Source: Fusobacterium sp.
GTDB lineage: Bacteria; Fusobacteriota; Fusobacteriia; Fusobacteriales; Fusobacteriaceae
Direction: 5' to 3'
Assembly: GCA_019416865.1 (NCBI GenBank)
Contig: DXWL01000001.1
Span: 39,559-103,558 of the forward strand
Length of the DNA: 64,000 nt
The notes beneath the pieces were generated by a model that had not been told where the DNA came from, did no database searches, and was given only the letters and a program-made list of their open reading frames with translations. Made by a program: the position numbers and the translations under genes. Shown here piece by piece: positions 11,880-22,733 of the stretch; the first letter of the stretch is position 1; each line of letters starts with the position of its first letter.

Positions 11880-13313
11880 CTATACTTTAAGATCTGAATC
11901 CATTCCTAAAAGTTCTGAATACTTTTCTAAGATTGGTTTTATCTCTATATTTATAAATTCCTCTGTCTGTTCCTCTGCAAAACCTATAAAGTTTTTAGGT
12001 GATAATATCTCCTGAAGTTTATCTTTATCTATATTGAAACTTGGATCATTTATAATTCTTTCAATTAAATCATTTTCTTTTCCGTGGACTTTTACCATTT
12101 TTCCAGCTTCCATTGAATGAACTCTTATTTTTTCATGAAGCTCCTGTCTGTCCCCGCCGCTTTTAACACCTTCCATTATAATATACTCTGTTGCCATGAA
12201 AGGAAGTTCTGCCATTATGTGCTTTTCTATCATTTTAGGATACACAACAAGTCCATTTAAAATATTTTTCCATATTATAAGAATAGCATCCACTGCAAGA
12301 AATGCCTGTGGCAGAGAAAGTCTTTTGTTGGCAGAATCATCAAGAGTTCTTTCAAACCACTGTGTAGAAGCTGTCATCGCCGTACTTTGCTGTAATGCTA
12401 TTACAAATTTTGCAAGAGATGAGATTCTCTCACTTCTCATAGGATTTCTTTTGTATGCCATAGCAGATGAACCTATTTGATTTTTTTCAAAAGGCTCTTC
12501 TATCTCTTTAAGATGTTGTAAAAGTCTTAAATCATTTGTAAATTTATGAGCTGATTGAGCTATATTAGCAAGAAGATTCATTATTTCAGAATCTATTTTT
12601 CTGTCATAAGTCTGTCCTGCTACCATAAGTCTTTTTTCAAATCCAGCTTTTTCAGTTACCATCTCATCAAGAGTTTTTACTTTTTCAAAATCTCCGTCAA
12701 AAAGCTCTTCAAAACTTGCCTGTGTTCCTGTTGTACCTTTTACCCCTCTGAATCTTAAAGTTTTATCTCTAAATTCAAGCTCTTCAAAATCAAGCATAAG
12801 ACTTTGAAGCCAAAGAGTTGCTCTTTTTCCTACTGTTGTAAGCTGTGCAGCCTGAAAATGTGTGAACCCTAAAGTTGCCATACCCTTATATTCCATGGCA
12901 AACTTTGCAAGTCCGTCCATAACATTTATCATCTCTTTTCTTATAACTGCAAGAGCCTCTTTTATCTGAATAAGGTCTGTATTATCTCCCACATATGCAC
13001 TTGTAGCCCCAAGATGAATAATTGGCATTGCAGATTTTGCCTGTGTTCCAAATGTATAAACATGAGCCATTACATCATGTCTTACCTCTTTTTCCCTCTT
13101 CTTAGCTGTTTCAAAATCAATGTCATTTATATATTTTTTCATCTCAGCTATCTGTTCATCAGTTATATTAAGCCCAAGTTCTTTTTCACTTTCAGCAAGA
13201 TAAACCCAAAGTTTTCTCCAAGTTGAAAACTTATTTTGAGGTGAAAATATCTCAAGCATCTCCTTTGAACTGTATCTTTCCACAAGTGGATTTGAATAAA
13301 TATTTTTTTCCAT
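11880..13313 (-). CDS. purB: Adenylosuccinate lyase
   Basis: GSSAMAYKRNP signature and RHDVMAHV. Confidence 0.97.
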   Translation of the reverse strand: MEKNIYSNPLVERYSSKEMLEIFSPQNKFSTWRKLWVYLAESEKELGLNITDEQIAEMKKYINDIDFETAKKREKEVRHDVMAHVYTFGTQAKSAMPIIHLGATSAYVGDNTDLIQIKEALAVIRKEMINVMDGLAKFAMEYKGMATLGFTHFQAAQLTTVGKRATLWLQSLMLDFEELEFRDKTLRFRGVKGTTGTQASFEELFDGDFEKVKTLDEMVTEKAGFEKRLMVAGQTYDRKIDSEIMNLLANIAQSAHKFTNDLRLLQHLKEIEEPFEKNQIGSSAMAYKRNPMRSERISSLAKFVIALQQSTAMTASTQWFERTLDDSANKRLSLPQAFLAVDAILIIWKNILNGLVVYPKMIEKHIMAELPFMATEYIIMEGVKSGGDRQELHEKIRVHSMEAGKMVKVHGKENDLIERIINDPSFNIDKDKLQEILSPKNFIGFAEEQTEEFINIEIKPILEKYSELLGMDSDLKV

Positions 13314-13339
13314 AATACTCCTTTATATATAATAAAAAT

Positions 13340-13759
13340 TTAAAACACCATTATAATTGCAGCTTCCCCTGTATCACGGTAGTAATTTTTTCTTTTTCCA
13401 GCCTCTTTAAAACCATTTTTCTTATAAAACTCTATTGCTGTAATATTATTTTCACGAACTTCAAGAAAAATTTCCATTCTTGATTTTTTTATTTCATTTA
13501 TAAGTATGCTTCCAAATCCTTTCTCTCTGAAAAGAGGATTCACACCTATTTTCATAATCTCAAGAGAGTCGCTGTTATTAAAAATTATAACATACCCAGC
13601 TGTCTGCTCCTCTTCATTTTGTACAGATATTATCTTATACATATCAGGCATAGTATTTATATCCTCTATCTGACTGAGAGTATAAGCACTGTTTCCAAAT
13701 ATCTCTTTCTCCAGTTTGTATATCTCATCTGCACTGTTATTTTCACAAATTTCAAACAT
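13340..13759 (-). CDS. rimI: RimI-like GNAT N-acetyltransferase
   Basis: REKGFG, LEVRENN and RKNYY motifs. Confidence 0.8.
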   Translation of the reverse strand: MFEICENNSADEIYKLEKEIFGNSAYTLSQIEDINTMPDMYKIISVQNEEEQTAGYVIIFNNSDSLEIMKIGVNPLFREKGFGSILINEIKKSRMEIFLEVRENNITAIEFYKKNGFKEAGKRKNYYRDTGEAAIIMVF

Positions 13760-14270
13760 TATTTCTCCCTAATTTACTTAATAATTTCTTTACATCTCTT
13801 CTATTATTACATATCACTACTTTTTCTTTATATTTTCTGCAAATCTCACTGTAATTTTCCTTATGCTTTAAGGTTCTTCCTTCAAATAAAATCCATTTTA
13901 TAAATTCAAAATCAAATTTTTCAATACAGCCTTCTGCCACATCTTTTCTTACCTGATTTCTGTTCTTTAAATACCTATTATACGCCTGAATAAAAGATAC
14001 TATTCTGGAAAAATTCATAAAGATTATTTTATCAGCTTCTTCAAATCTTTTTTCCTGTAAAATCCATAAATAATTTCCATCAATTACCCATAATTTATTC
14101 TTCATAAATTCTTCTGCCATAAAAATAACTTCTTCTTTCTCTCGTTCCTGCCAACCTGCTTTAAAATTAATTTTATCAAGATGAAGTACAGGATAATTAT
14201 ATATTTTTCCAATTTTTTCTGCTAAAGTAGATTTTCCACTTCCACTATAACCTATTATAGATATTTTCAT
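13752..14270 (-). CDS. P-loop kinase, topology modulation protein (FlaR-like)
   Basis: GYSGSGKST, HLD and WVIDGNY motifs. Confidence 0.8.
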   Translation of the reverse strand: MKISIIGYSGSGKSTLAEKIGKIYNYPVLHLDKINFKAGWQEREKEEVIFMAEEFMKNKLWVIDGNYLWILQEKRFEEADKIIFMNFSRIVSFIQAYNRYLKNRNQVRKDVAEGCIEKFDFEFIKWILFEGRTLKHKENYSEICRKYKEKVVICNNRRDVKKLLSKLGRNNV

Positions 14271-14273
14271 TTA

Positions 14274-15200
14274 CTACCTTAATAAAGATATTCTGTTAAG
14301 AGGGAAAAATCTTACAAAGGCCTTTCCTCTTATTCTGCTGTCTTTTACAAATCCCCAGAATCTTGAATCATAACTTCCGTCTGTATTGTCCCCAAGCATG
14401 AAATAACAATCTTCATCAAGAGTAACAGTTACTGTTTCTCCTGCCATTATCTGTTTTAAAATATTTTCATCATGAATATAATCAAGAATCATTCCTGTTC
14501 TCTCATCATTTACATAAAACTCTAAATCAGGAAGAAGTTTTTCTACAGTTGCTCCATTTTCAGAAATAAGCTTTTGTACTTTTTCTACATCATAATGAGC
14601 TTCGTTATAAGCTGCATTATAGTTCATTCCCGGCTGAATAGTTATCTTATCCCCTTTTTTAGGCACTGTCCAAATATCAAATCCTATTTGCCCAAGAGGT
14701 GAATATTTTCTTGTTGTAATCTCTTTGCCGTCAACATAAAGATGACCATTTCTTATTGCAATTTTTTCTCCGGGAAGTCCCATCACTCTTTTGGTATAAA
14801 GAACTTTATTTTCAACAGGCTCTTTAAAAACAACTATATCCTCTCTCTTAGGAGCTTTAAATTTATAGATTACCATATTTCCAAAAAGTCTGTCTTTCGG
14901 GATAATTGTAGGTATCATTGAACCAGTAGGCACAACAAAATTTCCTATATAGAATCTTTGAATTACAAGCACTAAAACAACCGCTGTAAAAATTGCTTCA
15001 CAACCATTTACAACCTTATGTACAACTGTTTTAGCTCCCTGTTTTTCTATTCCAAAAATTCCTATTATTTTTTCAGATACTTTATTTCTATATTTTTCAA
15101 TTTTACTCACAAGATATTTTTCTTTTATAAATATATATGCAAAAAATGCTGTAAGAATCAGATAAAATATTCCATTTAAAAAAATATGTTCTCTTGTCAT
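14274..15200 (-). CDS. lepB: Signal peptidase I
   Basis: GSMIPT, KRVMGLPG and GDNTDGSYDSRFWG motifs. Confidence 0.95.
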   Translation of the reverse strand: MTREHIFLNGIFYLILTAFFAYIFIKEKYLVSKIEKYRNKVSEKIIGIFGIEKQGAKTVVHKVVNGCEAIFTAVVLVLVIQRFYIGNFVVPTGSMIPTIIPKDRLFGNMVIYKFKAPKREDIVVFKEPVENKVLYTKRVMGLPGEKIAIRNGHLYVDGKEITTRKYSPLGQIGFDIWTVPKKGDKITIQPGMNYNAAYNEAHYDVEKVQKLISENGATVEKLLPDLEFYVNDERTGMILDYIHDENILKQIMAGETVTVTLDEDCYFMLGDNTDGSYDSRFWGFVKDSRIRGKAFVRFFPLNRISLLR

Positions 15201-15287
15201 GTTTTGTCCTTTCCAGTTTTTAATTTTTTTGAGAAAATTTTATTTTTTACAAATAACTCCCAGGGATATTTTAGCACAAAAAATGAA

Positions 15288-15321
15288 AAAAAGCTAAAGG
15301 TATATAAACCTTTAGCTTTTT
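15288..15321 (-). terminator. Intrinsic terminator after rplS
   Basis: AAAAAGCTAAAGG...CCTTTAGCTTTTT inverted repeat. Confidence 0.8.
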
Positions 15322-15325
15322 GAAA

Positions 15326-15676
15326 CTATTTTCTAAGTTCTTTGATTCTAGCTTGTTTACCAGATAGTCCTCTTAGGTAGTAAAGTTTGCTTCTTCTTAC
15401 TTTTCCTACTTTTAACACTTCAATTTTGTCAACCATTGGAGAGTTCATAGGGATTATTCTTTCAACACCTACTCCGTCTACAACTTTTCTAACTGTGAAT
15501 GTTTTTGCAATTCCAGCACCAGCTACTCTGATTACTGTTCCTTGGAAAAGTTGAACTCTTTCTTTGTTTCCTTCTTTTACTTTGTAGTAAACTGCGATTG
15601 TGTCCCCAGCTTTAAATTGAGGGATGTCAGTTCTTAAGTAATCTTGTTCAATTAATGCGATTAATCTTTCTTTCAT
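15326..15676 (-). CDS. rplS: 50S ribosomal protein L19
   Basis: [12 protein letters not shown] signature. Confidence 0.99.
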   Translation of the reverse strand: MKERLIALIEQDYLRTDIPQFKAGDTIAVYYKVKEGNKERVQLFQGTVIRVAGAGIAKTFTVRKVVDGVGVERIIPMNSPMVDKIEVLKVGKVRRSKLYYLRGLSGKQARIKELRK

Positions 15677-15751
15677 TTTTTCCTCCTGATTAGATATTCA
15701 TTTAATATTCCTTTTGATTAAAGAGGAATATCTATTTATATAAGCCTAGTT

Positions 15752-15780
15752 ATTTTAACATATCTTTTGTTTCTTGTCAA
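15752..15780 (-). promoter_or_regulatory. Sigma70 promoter of rplS
   Basis: TTGACA-17-TAAAAT on the minus strand. Confidence 0.75.
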
Positions 15781-15788
15781 AAAAATCT

Positions 15789-16958
15789 TTATTTTTCAAG
15801 CTTATTTAAAAAATCCACAGCATATTGAGCATAAAGAGCTGTTCCTGTTTCAAAACCATCTTCATCCATATTAAATTTTGGGTGATGATGAGGATAAATA
15901 CATTCCTTCTCTTCATTCCTTACCCCTACAAAAGCAAGAACACTTGGCACTTTTTCAGAAAATGCTGAAAAATCCTCTGCTGTTGTCATCTTTTCAAGGG
16001 GATATAAAACCTCTTTTCCATAAAGTTTTACTGCTGACTGAACAGCTGTTTCTGTGCATTCTGCATCATTTATTACTGGAGCTGGATAAAATTTATAATC
16101 CATTTCATAATCTGCTCTGTAAATATCTGTTGTTCCTTTTAAAATTCTCTCTATCATATGAGGAATTTCTTTTCTAAGCTCTGGATTGAAGCATCTTGCT
16201 GTTCCTTCTATTATCGCTTCATTAGGAATAACATTTGCTGTTGTTCCTGTATGAATTTTTCCAACTGTTATTACCACAGATTCATTTGGATTTATCTCTC
16301 TGCTCACTATTGATTGAAGATTTACAACAAAGGCTGAAGCTGTTACAACAGGATCTATACACTGCTGAGGAAGTGAACCATGCCCACCTTTTCCAATTAT
16401 TTTAATTTGAAAATTATCAGCTGAAGCCATCCTTGGTCCAGGTTCAGCAGATATTTTTCCCACAGGGATACCTGACCAAAGATGGATTGCAAAAGCTCCG
16501 TCTACCCCTTCAAGAACTCCCTCCTCTATCATCTTTTTTGCTCCCTGTCCTATCTCTTCTGCAGGTTGAAACACACATCTTACAGTACCATGTATTAAAT
16601 CTCTGTTTTCATCTAAAACTTTTACTGCTCCCAAAAGCTGTGCTGTATGCCCGTCATGCCCACAAGAGTGCATTTTTCCCTCTTTTTTTGATTTATAAGA
16701 TACAGTTGTGCATTCTGTTACAGGAAGTGCGTCCATATCAGCTCTTAAAAGTACACACCCTCCTTCATGGTTTCCCTTTATATCAACTACAACTCCTGTT
16801 TTTGCCATCTCTCTGTAAGAAAGTCCCATAGCTTTTAATTCTCTTTTAATTATTTCAGAAGCTTCATACTCCTCCCAGCTAAGTCCAGGATTTTCATGAA
16901 GCTCATTTCTTAAATCTATTACATAATTTTTATATTTTTTTACTGAATCTTTTATCAT
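15789..16958 (-). CDS. M20D family amidohydrolase
   Basis: LRADMDALP, MHSCGHDGH, FQPAEE and HHPKF motifs. Confidence 0.92.
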   Translation of the reverse strand: MIKDSVKKYKNYVIDLRNELHENPGLSWEEYEASEIIKRELKAMGLSYREMAKTGVVVDIKGNHEGGCVLLRADMDALPVTECTTVSYKSKKEGKMHSCGHDGHTAQLLGAVKVLDENRDLIHGTVRCVFQPAEEIGQGAKKMIEEGVLEGVDGAFAIHLWSGIPVGKISAEPGPRMASADNFQIKIIGKGGHGSLPQQCIDPVVTASAFVVNLQSIVSREINPNESVVITVGKIHTGTTANVIPNEAIIEGTARCFNPELRKEIPHMIERILKGTTDIYRADYEMDYKFYPAPVINDAECTETAVQSAVKLYGKEVLYPLEKMTTAEDFSAFSEKVPSVLAFVGVRNEEKECIYPHHHPKFNMDEDGFETGTALYAQYAVDFLNKLEK

Positions 16959-17077
16959 ATATCTCTCCCCTTTATTTTTTTATCCAATATAAATTATAAC
17001 CTGTTATAAATATATTGGCAAATAAAATATAAAGCTGCCACATTTATAAAACTGCAGCAGCTCCTATATAATTATAT

Positions 17078-17473
17078 TTAATCTTCTGATGGTTCTTCTT
17101 TTTCTTTTTCAGTATATGTTATCCAATCATTTCTGTCTTCAATCATACCTGCAAAATTAATTACAGCCTGTTTTGAAAGAGAAGCTTTAAATTTCTTAGT
17201 AACCTCTTTATTTTTTCCATTTTCATCTTTATATTTTATTGTGATAACATGGTTTGAACCTTTTACAAAGACAACACCTTTTTTGTTTGCTCTTACACTC
17301 TTAGGTTTTTCTGTGTCCTGTCCATCTACAATGTATGACACTCTGGCAGGAACTGTTTCTCCTTTATTACCATTTATAAGCATAACCTTGTGTTGTTTTC
17401 CTGTTACAAAAAGAATCACTGATATTGCAACTGTTATGCAGAAAACTATAATCCAGCTTATTATTCTCTTCAT
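17078..17473 (-). CDS. Membrane-anchored accessory protein of the ABC operon (DUF6672-like)
   Basis: N-terminal TM helix then TGKQH. Its start overlaps the stop of the upstream permease. Confidence 0.7.
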   Translation of the reverse strand: MKRIISWIIVFCITVAISVILFVTGKQHKVMLINGNKGETVPARVSYIVDGQDTEKPKSVRANKKGVVFVKGSNHVITIKYKDENGKNKEVTKKFKASLSKQAVINFAGMIEDRNDWITYTEKEKEEPSED

Positions 17474-18582
17474 TATTTATCACCCTCTATCTGAGCAACT
17501 CTCTCTGCCATCAATCTGCGTCTTAATTCCTCTTTCTCTTTTTCTCTTCTCCATTGGTGAAGAACAAGAGTAAGGGCAATTACTCCATAAGATACGAACA
17601 CTCTAAAGTATTCCCCTATCTGTGCAGAACCCATAAGCTCTTTCCCTGCCATAGGAGAAACTATAAACAGCATATGGAAAAGGAAGATTCCGCTTATTGC
17701 ATTAAGTATTGTTGCTCTTGAAGCACTTGCTCCACCTACAAGAAGAGCTGCTATTGAGAACATTCCAATCTGCTCATGGCTGTTATATGTATTCATTGTA
17801 CCTATATTTTGCAGATATATTATTTGTCCAAAACCTGCAAGTACAGTTGAAATAACTATTGCTATTATTCTTGTTTTTTCAACATCAATTCCAGCTGTTT
17901 TAGATACTTCCATATCCTGTCCTATAGCTTTCATATCCTGTCCAAGTTTTGTTTTTCTAAACCAAATAGTAAACCAAGCCAGTACAGCAACTATAAGGAA
18001 AATAAATACAGGTATCTCTATCTCACCTATTTTTAAAGAAAGTACAGAATCAAGAACTTTTCTTACATCTTTAAGGTCAATAGCATTTCTTATTCCGTAA
18101 CCTCTTGAAAGAACAAGTTTATTATTTGTAATAGGAATAACTTTTCCCATTCCATAAAGAACAATCAGCTGATATACTCCATTTATAAAGAAACCAAGAA
18201 TCATAGATGTTATCATCTCTCTTCCCTTGGCTCTGTTAAGTATCATTCCACTCATTATTCCAAGAAGAACAGAGATAGGCACAGATATTATTGCAGCAAG
18301 AAGAACTCCCTGCATACCTACAATCTGCCAGTCTGTAATAAATACAAGAGCAATCTGTCCTGCCATAGCTCCAAGAACTATTCCAAAGTTAAGCCCCATT
18401 CCTGCAATAATAGGAATAAGAAGAGAAAGAACAAGGAAAAGGTTTCTTGAAAGTCTAAGTATCATCTCCTGAATTGTATATGTAACACTAAGCCCTGATA
18501 ATGGGAAACAAAAAGCGATTATTATCAATATTAATATAGGAACTATATTATTTATAAGTGTATTTTTCAGATTATTATTCAT
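17473..18582 (-). CDS. ABC transporter permease (ribose/galactose CUT2-like)
   Basis: Multiple TM helices; TKLGQDMKAIG...GIDV motif. Confidence 0.9.
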   Translation of the reverse strand: MNNNLKNTLINNIVPILILIIIAFCFPLSGLSVTYTIQEMILRLSRNLFLVLSLLIPIIAGMGLNFGIVLGAMAGQIALVFITDWQIVGMQGVLLAAIISVPISVLLGIMSGMILNRAKGREMITSMILGFFINGVYQLIVLYGMGKVIPITNNKLVLSRGYGIRNAIDLKDVRKVLDSVLSLKIGEIEIPVFIFLIVAVLAWFTIWFRKTKLGQDMKAIGQDMEVSKTAGIDVEKTRIIAIVISTVLAGFGQIIYLQNIGTMNTYNSHEQIGMFSIAALLVGGASASRATILNAISGIFLFHMLFIVSPMAGKELMGSAQIGEYFRVFVSYGVIALTLVLHQWRREKEKEELRRRLMAERVAQIEGDK

Positions 18583-18583
18583 C

Positions 18584-19606
18584 TTATAGCTCCCCCTTTC
18601 TAGTTAATGCATAAAGTATCATTCCATTTGATACAATAATTCTTATAGTTTCAGACATATCTGTCTTAATTATTCCGTTTACAACACTTGGTGTCATTGT
18701 AAGAATACCTTGGAACAGGAAAGTTCCTATTATTACATTGACTATTGTAGCTTTGTTTACAGAAGCTCCCCCTATAAGTATTGCTGCTATTGCAGGGAAC
18801 GCCATATAGAAAGGTGCTAAATACAGCTGAATAAATCCGAAACTTTGTTGATAGATAATGATTCCCACAGCTGCAAGAACACTTGATAAAACAACTGATT
18901 TTATTCTCACTTTATCAATATTTATCCCTGTTGCTCTTGCAAACTTTTCATTTGCTCCAACTGCTTTCATAGCAAGTCCTGCTTTAGTTCTGAAGAACAG
19001 CCATATAGCAAATCCAAGCACTGCAAACATTACTATCTCTCCGAAAGGAAGTACGCTGTTTCCTATTTCAAGAATTTTATGCCAATAATTTTCAACACTG
19101 ATTGTTGTACGAAGCCCTTCTCCTCCATAAGCCCAAATCATATCTTGGCTTTTAAAAGGAAGAACAAGCCACATTATACACATAATAGCAACAGATGAGA
19201 ATCCTATATATGTTGCTATCATCATCTCTCCCCCTTTTACCTTATTAAGAATTGCTCCGTAAAGCCATCCAAATATTACAGCAAAAGGTATTGATATTAA
19301 AATTGCCCCAAAGAAACCTACTATCCCGCTAAGACCAAGTTCAATACTGATTACAGCTCCCAAAAGTCCAGCTTCTACACCAAGAGGCATTCCAAAGTTA
19401 AGCCCTGTTCCTGCTTGAATCATAGGCACAAGAGAAAGTACAAGAACAACATTCATTCCAAATCTTACTATTGTATCACTCACTGCTGCCTTTAAATTAA
19501 GTCCAAGAAAAGGACATGATATATACATCAGCAAAAGGAAAAGTCCTATGATAATTCTAGGCCAACCCATATTTTGTATAGTCTTTTTCACATTAATCAT
19601 TTCCAT
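18584..19606 (-). CDS. ABC transporter permease (CUT2-like)
   Basis: Multiple TM helices; TKAGLAMKAVG...GINI and AAILIGG motifs. Confidence 0.9.
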   Translation of the reverse strand: MEMINVKKTIQNMGWPRIIIGLFLLLMYISCPFLGLNLKAAVSDTIVRFGMNVVLVLSLVPMIQAGTGLNFGMPLGVEAGLLGAVISIELGLSGIVGFFGAILISIPFAVIFGWLYGAILNKVKGGEMMIATYIGFSSVAIMCIMWLVLPFKSQDMIWAYGGEGLRTTISVENYWHKILEIGNSVLPFGEIVMFAVLGFAIWLFFRTKAGLAMKAVGANEKFARATGINIDKVRIKSVVLSSVLAAVGIIIYQQSFGFIQLYLAPFYMAFPAIAAILIGGASVNKATIVNVIIGTFLFQGILTMTPSVVNGIIKTDMSETIRIIVSNGMILYALTRKGEL

Positions 19607-21191
19607 TTCCTCCCACTCCTACCATATACTTACCAAACTCTAGGATATCTGCTTGAGGTGAAAGTATACCGGCAACTTTTCCTTCATTTATAATGGCTAT
19701 TCTGTGGCAGATACTTCTTAATTCTTCCACTTCAGATGAAGTAACCACTATTGTAACACCTTTTTCTTTATTGTATTTTTTTAAGAAATCAAGTACAAGC
19801 TTTTTAGCCCCTACATCTATTCCCCTTGTAGGCTCAGATACAAAAAGAAGTTCTGGTTCCATTGTAAAAGCTTTTGCAAGACATACTTTTTGTTGGTTTC
19901 CTCCACTAAGCTCCTGCACTCTCTGCTCCTCGCTCATACATCTTATTTCAAGAGTTTCTATATATTTTTTGGCATTTTCTTTTATTGCCTCATTGTCCTG
20001 ATATTTTATAAATCCTGCAAAAGATTTTAAGAACTCCTCTTTTATTTGGATTGCAGGGTAAGCAATATTCATCTCTATTGATCTGTCAAGAAGAAGACCT
20101 ACACCTTTTCTGTCTTCAGACATAAAGAACAACCCTTTTTTCAGTGGATCTGCAGGGTCATTTATTTTAACAGGCTCTCCATTAAAAAGCACCTCTCCTG
20201 TTGTTAGATAAAGTCCCATTACACCATTTGCCACTCCGATTTTTCCCTGTCCTGCCATTCCTCCAAGTCCCAAAATCTCTCCTCTTCTTACTTTCAGATT
20301 AAGATTTTTTACAACCTCTCCCGGCATATCGACAGAAAGATTTTTTATATCAAGAATTATATCTGAATCGTCAGCAGCTTTTTCTTCCTCTTTGTTTTCA
20401 CTGTCATTCTCTATTTTTCTTCCTATCATCCATTGAGTTATTTCATCTACATTTGTATCTTTTGTAGGAACAGCATTTATCATAACCCCGTCCCTTAAAA
20501 CAACAACCTTATCACAGGCTGCTATTATCTCATCAAGTCTGTGAGTGATAAATATTACTGCAATTCCTTTTGCAGAAAGTCTTTTTATTGTTTGTACCAA
20601 AACCTCTGCTTCATTTTCTGTAAGAACAGCTGTAGGTTCATCAAGAACTAAAAGTTTTGTATGTTCTCTTTCTATCTCTCTGGCTATCTCTGTAAACTGC
20701 ATATGAGCAACTGGCATCTGTTCCACATATTGTTCCTCATCTATTGTTACTCCAAGATGTCCTATTGCATCTTTTGATCTTTTCTTTATTGTTTTTCCAT
20801 CAATAACTCTTATTCTTTCACCAAACAAAAGCTCAAGAAGACTTGTTTTTGTAGTTTCTCTGTTAAGAACTATATTTTCACTTGCTTTAAATCCAGGTAT
20901 AAGAGAAAACTCTTGGTGAACCATTCCTATTCCTGCTGCAAGAGCATCAAAAGGACTGTTAAAGTTTACAAGCTGTCCATTTACTTTAATCTCTCCATGA
21001 TATCCTCCTGTCTCTTTTATAACAGGCATTCCGAAAATAATCTTCATAAGAGTAGATTTTCCTGCTCCGTTTTCTCCTACCAGTCCTATTACCTCACCCT
21101 CTTTGATATCAAGGTTTATATCTTTCAAAACTGTATTTTCTCCGAAAGATTTTGATAGGTTTCTTATTTCCAATAATCTGTTTTCCATCAA
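19593..21191 (-). CDS. Sugar-type ABC transporter ATP-binding protein with two fused NBDs
   Basis: GENGAGKST, LDEPT and LSGGNQQK motifs. Confidence 0.95.
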   Translation of the reverse strand: MMENRLLEIRNLSKSFGENTVLKDINLDIKEGEVIGLVGENGAGKSTLMKIIFGMPVIKETGGYHGEIKVNGQLVNFNSPFDALAAGIGMVHQEFSLIPGFKASENIVLNRETTKTSLLELLFGERIRVIDGKTIKKRSKDAIGHLGVTIDEEQYVEQMPVAHMQFTEIAREIEREHTKLLVLDEPTAVLTENEAEVLVQTIKRLSAKGIAVIFITHRLDEIIAACDKVVVLRDGVMINAVPTKDTNVDEITQWMIGRKIENDSENKEEEKAADDSDIILDIKNLSVDMPGEVVKNLNLKVRRGEILGLGGMAGQGKIGVANGVMGLYLTTGEVLFNGEPVKINDPADPLKKGLFFMSEDRKGVGLLLDRSIEMNIAYPAIQIKEEFLKSFAGFIKYQDNEAIKENAKKYIETLEIRCMSEEQRVQELSGGNQQKVCLAKAFTMEPELLFVSEPTRGIDVGAKKLVLDFLKKYNKEKGVTIVVTSSEVEELRSICHRIAIINEGKVAGILSPQADILEFGKYMVGVGGNGND

Positions 21192-21250
21192 TTCCCACCT
21201 TTCATATTAATAAAAAGGGCAGTTTTAAACACTACCCTTTTTTTGTCTTA

Positions 21251-22429
21251 CTATTGTATGTCAAGATATTTTTCAGGAACTTCTAAATCTGTCATATGTA
21301 AGAATCCTTTTCCAAATACATATGTGTCCTGATAAATTAAGATATAGTTTTCTCTCTCAACACCATCTGCATCTACAAGATAGTTTCCGTTCCATCCTGC
21401 TCCTGAAGTGCTGTTTTGAAGTGCTGACATTATTGCATCGAAATCTAAGATATCACATTTTCCTTCTATAACATTGACAGCGTGATCTCCTAGAGCAGTT
21501 GCAGTACTGAAGTTATATGAGTAAGCCCATGTTCCCATTCTTCCTGCTCCGCCTTTATCAACAACAGCCTTTTCCACTTTTTTCAGGATAGCTGGCCAGT
21601 TTCCTTTTTCAGAATCATCAAATTTTATTCCTAATGCTCCTGGATATCCTATTGTAGGTGATGGCATATCAGCTTCTACAAAGTATCCTCCCTCTTCAGC
21701 TATTCTTTTTAAAAGAGGTTCTGTATGAGCATCATTTGTTGCAAAGAATGCTATATCTTTACCATATTTTTCTATCCAGTTAGGTACTTGCTCTAAAATG
21801 TACTGTTGAGCTCCTGCAACTCCAACATCACTTACTGGATCTGGTGCAGAAGTATCAATAAACTCCATTCCTAAATCTTTTGCTGTTTCAGCCATTATAT
21901 TTCTTCTTCTAGAAAGAAGCTCATAGCTTAAGTGTCTTGGGAATGATATATGCATAAATTTAGTTGCTCCCATCATATTTGCAGCTTTTACTATTGTATA
22001 TCCTCTTATAATATCATCAGGATAAAGTGCTAAGTCTGCTACATCTGCTACCATATCAGGATCTTCGTGAGCTGTATTTGCTATAAGAAGAATATCAGGT
22101 CTTGCTGCTCTTATTCTTCTGAATGCTTCAACAGTTCCAGGAATAGCCTCTGTCATAACTACTGCTTTCATCTTAGGATCATCTGCAAGTGAAGCAATTT
22201 GAGAAATTGTTGTTTCCATCTCCTGCATAAAGTTATCTGGATAAGTAACATGAACTACCATTCCACCTTTATCAGCTGCTCCATATTTAGCCATTATAGC
22301 TTCTGCTCCTCTAAGTGAATCCTCAGATTGTGATACAGTTCCACTTACCACACCAATGTGATAGGCTGCTTCAGCAAAAGAAAGTGCTGAAAGTACAAAC
22401 ATTAAAATACCTACAAAAAATTTTTTCAT
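21251..22429 (-). CDS. DUF3798-family putative ABC substrate-binding protein (paralog 1)
   Basis: Signal peptide MKKFFVG...; GTVSQSED and TYPDNFM motifs. Start moved to the ATG with RBS GGGGAGG. Confidence 0.8.
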   Translation of the reverse strand: MKKFFVGILMFVLSALSFAEAAYHIGVVSGTVSQSEDSLRGAEAIMAKYGAADKGGMVVHVTYPDNFMQEMETTISQIASLADDPKMKAVVMTEAIPGTVEAFRRIRAARPDILLIANTAHEDPDMVADVADLALYPDDIIRGYTIVKAANMMGATKFMHISFPRHLSYELLSRRRNIMAETAKDLGMEFIDTSAPDPVSDVGVAGAQQYILEQVPNWIEKYGKDIAFFATNDAHTEPLLKRIAEEGGYFVEADMPSPTIGYPGALGIKFDDSEKGNWPAILKKVEKAVVDKGGAGRMGTWAYSYNFSTATALGDHAVNVIEGKCDILDFDAIMSALQNSTSGAGWNGNYLVDADGVERENYILIYQDTYVFGKGFLHMTDLEVPEKYLDIQ

Positions 22430-22529
22430 AAAAAAATTCCCTCCCCAAAAATATCTTAGAAATAACTCTGATTTAATTCTCTCCATTAAAACTCGTACAT
22501 TTCTAGCATTAAATTTGTATAATGTTTAG

Positions 22530-22558
22530 ATTATACTGCTAATATATTTTCATGTCAA
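22530..22558 (-). promoter_or_regulatory. Consensus sigma70 promoter
   Basis: TTGACA-17-TATAAT upstream of DUF3798 paralog 1 and the ABC operon. Confidence 0.8.
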
Positions 22559-22733
22559 TAATTAATGTAGAATATTTCAACAAGTTTTTTAAAAAAAGAA
22601 TTTCAAATATCTTTAGGACAGTTTTGGGGAGGCACAAGGCATATATAAAATACACCTTGTGGCCAATTTATGAAATTTATCCTTAGAATAAAATTTTCAT
22701 ATTTCCTCTAAAACTTTAATTATTTAATTTTTA

